Part shown: piece after piece, positions 15,893 to 25,011 of the stretch
How positions within the stretch are numbered: the stretch's first letter is position 1
Layout: each line of letters begins with the position of its first letter
Source: Acidobacteriota bacterium
GTDB lineage: Bacteria; Acidobacteriota; Vicinamibacteria; Vicinamibacterales; CAVVIG01
DNA: 60,507 bases
Direction of reading: 5' to 3'
Assembly: GCA_028876655.1 (NCBI GenBank)
Contig: JAGWRA010000189.1
Span: 1 to 60,507, forward strand
Translations under genes and position numbers: made by a program
The notes under the pieces: generated by a model
Told to the model about the DNA's origin: nothing
What the model saw: the letters and a program-made list of their open reading frames with translations, nothing else
The model's database searches: none

Positions 15893-18847
15893 TCACTTCA
15901 GCGCGGCATACTCCGCGCGGGCCTGCTTCACGACGGGCAGGTCGGGGTCGCCTGCCTTCACGGCGGCCAGGAAGTTCTGATAGGCCGTGCGGGCGCCGGC
16001 GGTGTCGTGTGCGAGGGCCCGGGCGCGGGCGAGGCCGAGCTGGGCGAGGGGCTGTTCAGGGCCGATGAACAGGCTCGGATGATCCAGGACGGCCTGGAAC
16101 TCGGCGGCGGCTGCCTGACCGTCACCGGCGGCGAGGAGCGCCAGCCCGTGGACGTACGGGTAGTCCTGGTTGGCCGCCAGGCGGTACTGCGCGGCGGGCT
16201 GCAGAGCGGTCAGCGCCTGCTGTGGGTCGTGAGCCTTCAGCGCGAGCTGCGCCCGGATCGCCGGCGCGTCGATCCGGTTCAGCCGCGTGTCATCCGGATG
16301 CCGTGCCAGCAGCTCCGCCAGCAACGATCCGGCCCGCGCCGTGTCGCCGGCCACGGCCAGCCCCTCAATCACATTGTCGTTCCGGATCACGGACTGCCCG
16401 GCCATCGCCGTGTCGAGGGTTGCCAGCGCCGCCTGCCGCTCGCCGAACAGCGCCTGGATGCCGCCCGCTTCGGCCAGGATGTCCGACTGCTCGGCCGGCA
16501 GCGGGACGGATGCCGCCAGTTGCCGAAGCCGGGCCACCGCCTGACCGACCCGCCCCCGGGCGGCCTCCTCGATGGCTTCGAGCGGCAGCAGATCGAGCCC
16601 GTCGTGCTGCGCTGAGAACCAGTCGGCCTGTTGCTTCACGAGCGCGCCGTCACCCTGCACGGAGCCAACCAGCCACAACAGCCGATGCAGCACGGTGGCA
16701 TCCGGCGCCCCGACGAGCGCGCGGTCGGCCAGCGCCTTCGCCTCCGCGTACCGACCCAGATCGAAGTAAACACCTGCCAGGTTACCGACCACCACGGCAT
16801 CGTCCGGACTGAGGCGGGCGGCTGCCTGACCCTGCTGCATCGCCTGGTCGTAGCGCCCGTCGTTCGTGTAGACGCTGACCAGGTTGACCCAGGGGACGAC
16901 GTCGCGCGGGTAGGTCTGTTCCCAGAGCCGGTAGGTCTGCTCCTCCTTGTCGAGGTCGCCGGTGACGTACTGGTAGTAGTGCGAATCGATGTAGAACTTC
17001 TCGCGCTCGGTCACGCGGTTGCGCAGGGCGAACGCCCGGCGGGCGGCGTCGGTCGAGAGCTCGTCGTTCTGCAGGTTGCCGTACACGGTGCCGAGCAGGG
17101 CCCACGCCATGCCGAAGTCGGGATCGAGCGCCACGGCGTGCTGCAGCGGCGGCACGCCGTCCTGGAACTTCCCCGCGTGCAGATCGCTCCAGGCGAGCGA
17201 GAACGCCTTCAGGGCTTCGAGTGACTTCGTGGTGGCCTGCTCGATCGGGGTGTTGAACCGCTGGATCGAAGCGAGCGATTCGCCGAGGCGGCCGCGCATG
17301 CGGGCGGCGAGCTGACCGAGCGCCGGCAAGACGTCCGACTTCGCCGCTGCGTCGGCGCCGACGGTGGCGAGCGTCGAGCCCGACTGGCAGGCGACCGCGT
17401 TCAGCGTGAGGGCGTAGCGGCCGCCGATGCCCGAGATCGTCCCCTCGAGCACCGCGCGGCTGCCGTCGCGCTGGCAGACCTGCCGCGCCAGCTCCGGCGT
17501 GAGCCGGGCGCCGGCCGGCTGTTCCATGAAGTGGAGCGTCTGCTGGATGTCGGTGTCCGAGACGATGTTCAGGTACGGCGACTCGGCGAGCTTGGCCGAC
17601 AGCGCTTCCCGCAGCGACCCGTCGAAGACCGGATCGCCGGTGGTGTTCGTGAAGTCGGCGAGGACGACGCGGTCGCGCTCGGTGAGCGAGACTGGCCGGC
17701 GGCTGCGCCAGAGGTAGGCGCCGGTGGCCGCCCCGGCGAGCGCCAGCGCGGTGAGCGCGAGCGGGATCCAGCGGCGCCGGGGCGCTGGCAGGACGGTCGT
17801 CGTTCCCGGTGCCGGGGCCGCGCCAGCCGCCGCGGCCTGGCCGCCGGGCGGCACGCTGCCGGATCCCGGGCCGAGCCCGGCGAGTGCGGGTACGGGCGCC
17901 GAACCGGGATCCACGGCCGCCGCCGGGATGCGGGCCGTCACGCGCGCGGTGGATCGCCCGGAGTCCGTGTCGCGCTTGAGCCGCTGCAGGTCGGCCCGCA
18001 GTTCGGACGCCGACTGGCAGCGGAGGTCGCGATTCTTTTCGAGCGCCTTCGCGATCGCCTCGTCCAACCTGGCCGGGAGGAGGGAATTCAGCGCTGCGGC
18101 CGGCACGGGGTCGTCGTGGAGGATGGCCGCCATGATGACGCCGGCGGTCGGGCCTGCGAACGCCGGCCGGCCGGTGGCCATCTCGTAGAGCACCAGGCCG
18201 AAGCTGAACAGATCGGACCGCGCGTCCAGTTCCTCGCCCCGCACCTGTTCGGGCGACATGTAGGCGACCGTGCCGAGCGTCGTGCCCGGGCTCGTCACCA
18301 GGGCCTCGGGGTCCACGGTCGGCGAGGCGGACAGGCCGGCGCTGGCCGGTCCGTTCGCGGCGGTCCGCTTCGCGAGACCGAAGTCGAGGACCTTGGCATG
18401 GCCGCGGTCGGTGACGAAGATGTTCGCCGGCTTGATGTCGCGGTGGATGATCCCCTTCTGGTGCGAGGCCTCGAGCGCGTCGGCGATCTCGATCCCCAGC
18501 TCGAGCACGAGATCGATCGGCATCGGGCGGCCGCCGATCCGGTGGCGCAGCGTCTGGCCCGCCAGGTATTGCATGGCGATGAACGTGCGGCCGTCGTGGG
18601 TACCGGTGTCGTAGACCGTGCAGATGTTGGGATGATCCAGAGCCGAGGCGGCCCGGGCTTCCCGCTGGAAACGCTCGAGGGCCACGGGATCCGCGGCGAT
18701 CGCGTCGGGCAGGAACTTCAAGGCGACGAACCGGCCGAGGCGGGTGTCTTCAGCCTTGTAGACGATCCCCATCCCTCCACCGCCGAGCTTCTCCAGGATG
18801 CGGTAGTGGGCGATCGTCTGCCCCGTCAGCGGCTGCGGATCGGCCAT
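15893..18847 (-). CDS. Ser/Thr protein kinase with one transmembrane segment and a C-terminal TPR domain
   Basis: [20 protein letters not shown] and DFGLAK kinase motifs. Hydrophobic segment [21 protein letters not shown], followed by long TPR-like repeats. Confidence 0.85.
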   Translation of the reverse strand: MADPQPLTGQTIAHYRILEKLGGGGMGIVYKAEDTRLGRFVALKFLPDAIAADPVALERFQREARAASALDHPNICTVYDTGTHDGRTFIAMQYLAGQTLRHRIGGRPMPIDLVLELGIEIADALEASHQKGIIHRDIKPANIFVTDRGHAKVLDFGLAKRTAANGPASAGLSASPTVDPEALVTSPGTTLGTVAYMSPEQVRGEELDARSDLFSFGLVLYEMATGRPAFAGPTAGVIMAAILHDDPVPAAALNSLLPARLDEAIAKALEKNRDLRCQSASELRADLQRLKRDTDSGRSTARVTARIPAAAVDPGSAPVPALAGLGPGSGSVPPGGQAAAAGAAPAPGTTTVLPAPRRRWIPLALTALALAGAATGAYLWRSRRPVSLTERDRVVLADFTNTTGDPVFDGSLREALSAKLAESPYLNIVSDTDIQQTLHFMEQPAGARLTPELARQVCQRDGSRAVLEGTISGIGGRYALTLNAVACQSGSTLATVGADAAAKSDVLPALGQLAARMRGRLGESLASIQRFNTPIEQATTKSLEALKAFSLAWSDLHAGKFQDGVPPLQHAVALDPDFGMAWALLGTVYGNLQNDELSTDAARRAFALRNRVTEREKFYIDSHYYQYVTGDLDKEEQTYRLWEQTYPRDVVPWVNLVSVYTNDGRYDQAMQQGQAAARLSPDDAVVVGNLAGVYFDLGRYAEAKALADRALVGAPDATVLHRLLWLVGSVQGDGALVKQQADWFSAQHDGLDLLPLEAIEEAARGRVGQAVARLRQLAASVPLPAEQSDILAEAGGIQALFGERQAALATLDTAMAGQSVIRNDNVIEGLAVAGDTARAGSLLAELLARHPDDTRLNRIDAPAIRAQLALKAHDPQQALTALQPAAQYRLAANQDYPYVHGLALLAAGDGQAAAAEFQAVLDHPSLFIGPEQPLAQLGLARARALAHDTAGARTAYQNFLAAVKAGDPDLPVVKQARAEYAALK

Positions 18848-18927
18848 GAGGCCGTATCTTAGCGGCGCCGAACGACGGGGCGCAATGCGGACCGCCGGAG
18901 CAGCGGGCGCCGGTCTGACCTGGAGAC

Positions 18928-19392
18928 GTGACAACCCGTCCACGCTCGTGCCAAGCTTCGCCCGTGCTCACGTACGTGCTGGCACTGGCTGCGGCCGGTG
19001 CCGTCTATCTCGTGGCGTTCCTGATCTGGTTCGTGCCGGTGGCGCTGGTGCATCCGGGCGAGCCCGGCCTGCAGGAGGCCGCGCTGGGCGGGATCTTCTG
19101 GGATGCCGTCTTCGGCGCGGTGCTGACGGTCGTGACCGGGCCGCTCTTCGTGCTGTGGCGCCGGCGGGCGGGCGAGCGGTTCACGCCGGGGCGCGCCGCG
19201 CTCGCCGGGGCGCTCGCGTGCCCGGTGCACGTGCTGCTCGTCTGGGGCGTGGTGACGCTGTCGGGCGGCGTCCTGGCGGCGCTGTTCGCGGCCTGGCGGG
19301 ATCTGACGGGCGGACTGCTCGTCTTCGTCGCCTGGCCGGCGGCGGTGGGGGGCGCGGTGTTCGCGGCCGGTCTGGCGCGGCGCGTGCGGTGA
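18928..19392 (+). CDS. hypothetical integral membrane protein
   Basis: Four hydrophobic stretches and coding-like bias. The start is uncertain (GTG at 18928 or 18964). Confidence 0.4.
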   Translation: MTTRPRSCQASPVLTYVLALAAAGAVYLVAFLIWFVPVALVHPGEPGLQEAALGGIFWDAVFGAVLTVVTGPLFVLWRRRAGERFTPGRAALAGALACPVHVLLVWGVVTLSGGVLAALFAAWRDLTGGLLVFVAWPAAVGGAVFAAGLARRVR

Positions 19393-19408
19393 GCCGCGCC
19401 TGCGGTCA

Positions 19409-20413
19409 TCAGGCCATGTCGGCGCCGAGATGACCCAGGCAGTCGCCGGCCTCGACCAGCGCGAAGGTGCGGACGCAGAGGACGAGCCCGTCGGCGCCCC
19501 ACGTGACGGGCACCGGCTCGAGCCATGGCTGGATGATGTCGTGGATGAAGCCCGCCAGCTGGCCGGTTTTCACCTCGTCGCCGAGCGAGAAGCGCGGCTC
19601 GAACAGTCCGGGACGCGGGGCGTACAGGTAGTGCCGTCCGGCGGCCGCGAGCCGGCGGACGGGACCGGCCGGTCCTCGCGGCGTCGTGCGCCGGAGGACG
19701 CCAAGGGCGTCGAGCAACCCGGCCAGCCCACGTTCCAGGACCGCCAGCCCCTCGCGATTGACCGTCGCGCCTCCGCCGAATTCACCAGTCAGGAACGGCA
19801 CGCCGTGGCGCCTGGCGGCCGCGCTCATCAGGCGATCGTTCTCGAGCGCCTCCATGTACAGGACGCGCGGCGGCGCGAAGGCGGCGACGAGCGCCTCGGT
19901 CCGCTGCCGTTCGTCCGGCGTCCGCGGCGGCAGGGCGAACAGCGTCGGCAGGTAGTCGAGCGAGCTGCCGCCGGCGTGGAAGTCGAAGGCGTAGTCGGCG
20001 AGCGGCAGCAGCACGCGCTCCGCGTAGTCGGCAATCATCTCCGTCGGCGTGCCGTTGCGATCGCCCGGGAACGTCCGGTTGAGGTTGATGCGGTCGATCG
20101 GCGACGTGCGCGTGGCCCCGTGGACCGCCGGGACGTTCAGCATGGGGATGATGATGAGCCGCCCGTGGAGATCGTCGAGCCGCAGCTCGCGGATCAGGCG
20201 GATGAGGGCGATCGGCCCCTCGTATTCGTCGCCGTGCACGCCGCCTGTCAGCAGGACGGTCGGACCCTCTCCGTGGCGCGCCACCGTCAGCGGGATCGGC
20301 ACGAAGCCGTAGGCGGAGCGATCGTGGGAATGCGGCAGCCGCAGCACGCCGTGCTGCACCCCGTCAGCATCGAACGCGAGGTCGGTGGTGATGAGTGACG
20401 GGGTCTCGGCCAT
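19409..20413 (-). CDS. succinylglutamate desuccinylase/aspartoacylase family deacylase
   Basis: TVLLTGGVHGDEYEGPIAL and INLNRTFPG motifs. Start at the ATG at 20413 (MAETPS). Confidence 0.8.
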   Translation of the reverse strand: MAETPSLITTDLAFDADGVQHGVLRLPHSHDRSAYGFVPIPLTVARHGEGPTVLLTGGVHGDEYEGPIALIRLIRELRLDDLHGRLIIIPMLNVPAVHGATRTSPIDRINLNRTFPGDRNGTPTEMIADYAERVLLPLADYAFDFHAGGSSLDYLPTLFALPPRTPDERQRTEALVAAFAPPRVLYMEALENDRLMSAAARRHGVPFLTGEFGGGATVNREGLAVLERGLAGLLDALGVLRRTTPRGPAGPVRRLAAAGRHYLYAPRPGLFEPRFSLGDEVKTGQLAGFIHDIIQPWLEPVPVTWGADGLVLCVRTFALVEAGDCLGHLGADMA

Positions 20414-20451
20414 GACTGGGGGCTCCTCCGGCGGCAGAAGACGGCGGCGGC

Positions 20452-21471
20452 TCAGCGGCCGCCAGGGTTCACGTGCGCCTCGGCGAACTGCACGATCGCC
20501 CGCTCGGCCCAGTAGCCATCGTCGCCCGCGGTGCGCGGGCCGACGAAGGCACAGTGGCCGCCGTGCGGCGACAGCTTCAGCAGGATGTGCGGGTTCGCCG
20601 CGAGGGCCGGCTCGCGGAACGACGCGGCCGGGACGAACGGATCGTCGGCGGCCGTGATGACGAGCGCCGGCAGCTCGATGCGGTCGATCACGCGCATGGC
20701 GCTCGCCCGGTAGTAGTAGTCGGAAGCCCCCTGGAAGCCGAAGTGGGGCGCCGTGAAGATCTCGTCGAACTGCCGCACGGTGCGGACCTCCTGCAGGCGA
20801 CCCATGGGGAAGCGGCCGGGATGGCAGGCCGCCTTGCGCCGCATCCGCTGCTTCAGGTGCCGCACGAAGTTCCACTCGTAGATCAGATTCTGGCGCCGCT
20901 CCAGCGCCTCGACGCACCGATCCACTTCGACGATCGGGGACACGGCGGCCACGGCCTTCACGGCCGGCGGTGGATGGCTGCCGTACTCGCCGGCGAGCTT
21001 CAGCGCGAGGTTCCCGCCGAGCGAGTAGCCGGCCACGACGATGGCGCGGAGGCGATCGCGGTCGGCCAGCTCGGTGACCACGGCCGCCGGGTCCTGCGTG
21101 AGGCCGGAGTGGTAGAGCCCCTCTGAGAGCTGCTCGGTCCCGCCGCAGTTCCGCTGGTTCAGCAGGACGACGTTGAAGCCCCGGGCGAAAGCCTTGTCGG
21201 CCAGCCCGAGCATGTAGTGCGCCCGGCTCGAGCCCTCGAGGCCGTGCAGGGCCAGCAGGGTGGGGCGGGTCGCCTGCGCGGGGTGCCAGTAGCAATGGGC
21301 CAGCACGCGGGCGTCGTGCGCCACGTCGAAGAACCGTTCCGCGGGGCGGGGCAGCCGGGGGAACCGCCGGGGCCGGGCCCAGGCGAAGAGCGTCATCTGA
21401 TGGCCGCCACGGAGCCACGGCAGCGGCTCGAACTCTCCGACGTCGACGGTCTCTGGCGCGAGCACGGGCAT
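20452..21471 (-). CDS. alpha/beta hydrolase (YheT-like)
   Basis: HGLEGSS, the nucleophile elbow GYSLGGN, and the overall YheT-like layout. Confidence 0.8.
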   Translation of the reverse strand: MPVLAPETVDVGEFEPLPWLRGGHQMTLFAWARPRRFPRLPRPAERFFDVAHDARVLAHCYWHPAQATRPTLLALHGLEGSSRAHYMLGLADKAFARGFNVVLLNQRNCGGTEQLSEGLYHSGLTQDPAAVVTELADRDRLRAIVVAGYSLGGNLALKLAGEYGSHPPPAVKAVAAVSPIVEVDRCVEALERRQNLIYEWNFVRHLKQRMRRKAACHPGRFPMGRLQEVRTVRQFDEIFTAPHFGFQGASDYYYRASAMRVIDRIELPALVITAADDPFVPAASFREPALAANPHILLKLSPHGGHCAFVGPRTAGDDGYWAERAIVQFAEAHVNPGGR

Positions 21472-21605
21472 GTGGGGAAAAGTGTACTACGGAGGTGTCA
21501 CCCTCTCCCTCTCCAAACCAGCTCAGCAGTTGGGGTAGACTAGCTCGACCGTTTCGGGTCGTGTCCGTCTTCTCTATCTTCTGCAGGACTTCGAGGGAGG
21601 CTCCC

Positions 21606-23267
21606 ATGCGCCGTTCTCGGCTCACGTGGACGACGATGGCTCTGGTCGCGGGGCTGGCGGTCGGTGCCAGCGCGGCTCCGGCCCAGCGCACGAAAGCGAA
21701 ATCGACGAAGGCGCCGGCCGTCTCGCCGGTGGACAGGAAACTGGACGCACTGAAGGCGCAGGCCGTCACCGAGGTCGACGGCATGCAGCAGTTCACGCAG
21801 CAGATGGTCGATCAGATCTTCAGCTACGGCGAGCTGGGCTTCCAGGAGTTCGAGACCTCGACGTACCTGGTCGGCGTGCTGCGCCAGAACGGCTTCACCG
21901 TGCAGGAGGGGATTGCCGGCATCCCGACGGCCTGGGTGGCCACGTGGGGCTCGGGCAAGCCGGTCATCGCGCTCGGCTCGGACATCGACTGCATTCCGCA
22001 GGCGTCGCAGAAGCCGGGCGTGCCGCGCCACGATCCGATCATCGACGGAGCACCGGGGCACGGCGAGGGACACAACTCGGGCCAGGCGGTGAACATCACG
22101 GCGGCGCTGGCCGTGAAGAAGATCATGGAGGAGCAGAAGCTCCCGGGCACGATCATGATCTGGCCGGGCGTTGCCGAGGAGCTGGTCGGGACGAAGGCCT
22201 ACTACGTCCGCGCCGGCGTCTTCCAGAACGTCGACATCGTCCTGTTCTCGCACGTGGCGAACAACCTCACCGTGTCGTGGGGGCAGGGAGGCGGCAACGG
22301 GCTCGTCTCGGTGCGGTACGATTTCAAGGGGCTGAGCTCGCACGCGGCCGGCGCCCCATGGCGGGGCCACAGCGCGCTCGACGCGGCCGAGCTGATGGAC
22401 GTCGGCTGGCAGTTCCGCCGCGAGCACCTGCGGCTGCAGCAGCGCTCGCACAACGTGATTCCCGACGGCGGCGACCAGCCGAACGTCGTCCCGCCGACGG
22501 CGAGCACGTGGTACTACTTCCGCGAGACCGACTACCCGCACATCATGGACCTCTGGGCGATCGGCAACAAGATCGCCGAGGCGGCGGCGATGATGACCGA
22601 CACGACGGTGTCGTCGCAGGTGCTCGGCTCGGCGTGGCCCGGCCACTTCAACAAGACGATTGCCGAGGACATGTACGGGAACATCCAGAAGGTCGGCCTG
22701 CCGAAGTGGGACGACGCCGACCAGGCGCTGGCGAAGTCGGTGCAGCGGATGCTGAAGCAGCCCGAGAAGGGGCTCGACACCGAGCTGGCGAAGATGGGCG
22801 AGCCGGTGCCGCCGGAGCGCAACATGGGCGGCGGCTCGGACGACATCGGCGACGTCTCCTGGAACGTGCCGACGGTGACGCTCCGCTTCCCGTCGAACAT
22901 TCCCGAGTTGCCGGGCCACAACTGGGCGAACGCCATCTCGATGGCGACGCCGATCGCCCACAAGGGGGCCACCGCCGGCGCCAAGGTGCAGGCGATGACG
23001 ATGCTCGACTTCCTGATGAAGCCCGAGCTCGTGCAGCAGGCGTGGGACTACTTCCGGAACGTCCAGAACAAGGACGAGCACTACCAGCCGATCATCCGGC
23101 CCGGGGACCAGCCGGCGATCTGGCTGAACGCCACCATCATGGAGAAGTACCGGCCGGAGATGAAGAAGTACTACTACGATCCGGCGAAGTACAAGACCTA
23201 CCTCGAGCAGCTCGGCATCCCGTATCCGCCGCCACCGGCGGCAACCGCAGCCGGGCAGCAGCGGTAG
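21606..23267 (+). CDS. secreted M20-family amidohydrolase (AbgB-like)
   Basis: Signal peptide. SYGELGFQEFETS and GHGEGHNSG segments. GAGGGAGG upstream of the ATG at 21606. Confidence 0.8.
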   Translation: MRRSRLTWTTMALVAGLAVGASAAPAQRTKAKSTKAPAVSPVDRKLDALKAQAVTEVDGMQQFTQQMVDQIFSYGELGFQEFETSTYLVGVLRQNGFTVQEGIAGIPTAWVATWGSGKPVIALGSDIDCIPQASQKPGVPRHDPIIDGAPGHGEGHNSGQAVNITAALAVKKIMEEQKLPGTIMIWPGVAEELVGTKAYYVRAGVFQNVDIVLFSHVANNLTVSWGQGGGNGLVSVRYDFKGLSSHAAGAPWRGHSALDAAELMDVGWQFRREHLRLQQRSHNVIPDGGDQPNVVPPTASTWYYFRETDYPHIMDLWAIGNKIAEAAAMMTDTTVSSQVLGSAWPGHFNKTIAEDMYGNIQKVGLPKWDDADQALAKSVQRMLKQPEKGLDTELAKMGEPVPPERNMGGGSDDIGDVSWNVPTVTLRFPSNIPELPGHNWANAISMATPIAHKGATAGAKVQAMTMLDFLMKPELVQQAWDYFRNVQNKDEHYQPIIRPGDQPAIWLNATIMEKYRPEMKKYYYDPAKYKTYLEQLGIPYPPPPAATAAGQQR

Positions 23268-23279
23268 GCGGATACCTCC

Positions 23280-23314
23280 AGGCGATGGGCTATAGGCGGT
23301 AGGCGATAGGGCTG
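23280..23314 (+). repeat. tandem heptamers AGGCGAT GGGCTAT AGGCGGT AGGCGAT AGGGCTG
   Basis: Five in-phase 7-nt units starting 13 nt after the stop codon. Closely related to 27459-27486. Confidence 0.75.
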
Positions 23315-23322
23315 AACGAGAA

Positions 23323-23351
23323 CCGGCCGGCGCGCGCGGCGCGCCGGCCGG
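23323..23351 (+). terminator. perfect 13-bp GC hairpin
   Basis: CCGGCCGGCGCGC-gcg-GCGCGCCGGCCGG seen directly. No T-tract. Confidence 0.55.
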
Positions 23352-23430
23352 AGGCCCCGCAGCCTGGAGCCCGTGGCCCGTCAGGGAACCCTCCTCCCTG
23401 CGTCTTCTATAATTCCCCCGCGAGGTCCCG

Positions 23431-23871
23431 ATGTCCGATCCGAACCCTGAGCACTGGCTCAGGCTGACGCGCATGTACGAACGGGCGCCGTGCAACGCGC
23501 ACGTGCGGCCGCAGATGACGATTGGTCACGGCACGGCGGAGCTGCGGATTCCGGTCCGGCCGGAGTTCTTCCACGCAGCCGGGGCGGTCCACGGCTCCTA
23601 CTACTTCAAGGCGCTGGACGATGCGGCGTTCTTCGCGGCGAATTCGCTGGTCGAGGACGTCTTCCTGCTGACCGCGTCGTTCACGACGCAGCTGCTGCGG
23701 CCGGTGGCTGGCGGCACGCTCGTCGCGCGAGGCAGCGTCGTGCGGGCGGGACGGGCGCTGATCTTCGCCGACGCCGTGCTGGCCGACGAAGCCGGCGTGG
23801 AGCTGGCGCACGGCACGGGCGTGTTCGCGCGCAGTGCGGTGAAGCTGGAGGAGAGGATTGGGTATCGGTGA
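23431..23871 (+). CDS. PaaI-family hotdog thioesterase
   Basis: Pattern HAAGAVHGSYYFKALDDAAFFAA ... GRALIFADAVLADE is typical of PaaI/YdiI thioesterases. Confidence 0.8.
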   Translation: MSDPNPEHWLRLTRMYERAPCNAHVRPQMTIGHGTAELRIPVRPEFFHAAGAVHGSYYFKALDDAAFFAANSLVEDVFLLTASFTTQLLRPVAGGTLVARGSVVRAGRALIFADAVLADEAGVELAHGTGVFARSAVKLEERIGYR

Positions 23872-23880
23872 GGGGAGCGA

Positions 23881-23978
23881 GTTGTCAGTTATCAGTCGTC
23901 AGTTGTGAGTTCTCAGTTCTGAGTTGTTGACTCTCCGTCAAGACTCACGACTCAAAACTGAAAACTGAGAACTATCCC
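23881..23978. repeat. heptamer array GTTNTSA x7 followed by its inverted complement; long imperfect hairpin between convergent genes
   Basis: GTTGTCA GTTATCA GTCGTCA GTTGTGA GTTCTCA GTTCTGA GTTGTTG | ACTCTCC GTCAAGA CTCACGA CTCAAAA CTGAAAA CTGAGAA CTATCCC. AGTTCTCAGTT (23908-18) pairs with AACTGAGAACT (23962-72). Confidence 0.85.
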
Positions 23979-24925
23979 CGACGACGCTCGCCCTTCAGTC
24001 TCGCGAGCAGCTCCCGCAGGTCCCCCGGCACCGGCGCCGTCACGCGGACCTGCTTCCCGGACACCGGATGCGTGAAGGCGAGGCGGGCGGCGTGCAGCGC
24101 CTGCCGGTCGAGGGTCGGACCGGTGCCGCGAGCGACACCGAACCGGTACAGCCGCTCGCCGACGATCGGGTATCCGCGCAGGCCCGCCTGCACGCGGATC
24201 TGGTTCCGCTTTCCCGTCACGAGCGACACTTCCAGTACGGTCGCGTCCGCGAACTGCTCGACGACCCGGTATCGCGCGATCGCCTCTTTCGCGTGGGCGT
24301 CCTGCGGATGCGCCCGGCGCTGCCGCAGCTGCACCTTGTCCCAGACCAGCCGATCGCGCCAGGTGCCGGCCTGCGGCGTCACGAGGCCCTGGACCACGGC
24401 CACGTACACGCGGCTCGGCGTCCGCCGCTCGAACTGATCCTTCAAGGCCTCCTGGGCCGCACGCGTCTTGGCGAAGAGCACGAGGCCCGACGTGTCGCGG
24501 TCGATCCGATGGACCACGAGAGGACGCACCTGCACGGCGTTCCGCAGGTGATCGGCGACCAGGTCGAGCAGGGTCGGCTCCGCGCCGGCTTCCCCGGGCA
24601 GCGGTTCGACCAGCAGGCCGGCTGGCTTGTCGGCGACCAGGAGGGCCGCGTCCTCGCGGACGATGCGGAGCTGATCGCGAAGATCGCGGACCTCCCGGCG
24701 GGCGGCACTCGCGGTGCCCGGGCGATCGACCCAGAGGCCGACTTCGTCACCGGCCTGGAGCCGGCGGCCGGCATCGGGGAAGCCGACGGCGGCTCCGTTG
24801 AGGAAGACCTTGCCGCGTTCCAGCCAGGTCCGGGCCCGGCCGCGCGATCCGACCTCGGGCCGCCTGGCCAGCCAGGCGTCCAGGCGGTGTCCCTCGTCGT
24901 CCGCGTTCACGCGCCATCGGGTCAT
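23972..24925 (-). CDS. rluD: RluA-family 23S rRNA pseudouridine synthase (S4 domain plus catalytic domain)
   Basis: HRIDRDTSGLVLFAK catalytic motif and an N-terminal S4-like segment (RLDAWLARRPEVGSRGRARTWLERGKVFLNG). Confidence 0.85.
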   Translation of the reverse strand: MTRWRVNADDEGHRLDAWLARRPEVGSRGRARTWLERGKVFLNGAAVGFPDAGRRLQAGDEVGLWVDRPGTASAARREVRDLRDQLRIVREDAALLVADKPAGLLVEPLPGEAGAEPTLLDLVADHLRNAVQVRPLVVHRIDRDTSGLVLFAKTRAAQEALKDQFERRTPSRVYVAVVQGLVTPQAGTWRDRLVWDKVQLRQRRAHPQDAHAKEAIARYRVVEQFADATVLEVSLVTGKRNQIRVQAGLRGYPIVGERLYRFGVARGTGPTLDRQALHAARLAFTHPVSGKQVRVTAPVPGDLRELLARLKGERRRG

Positions 24926-25011
24926 GGTCAGAAGCTGCTTGGATTATATTCGCGAGCGGAGTAAGGTTCGTCGCGAACCGTCAGACCTCTGGCCCGGAAA
25001 GGATCCCGCTC

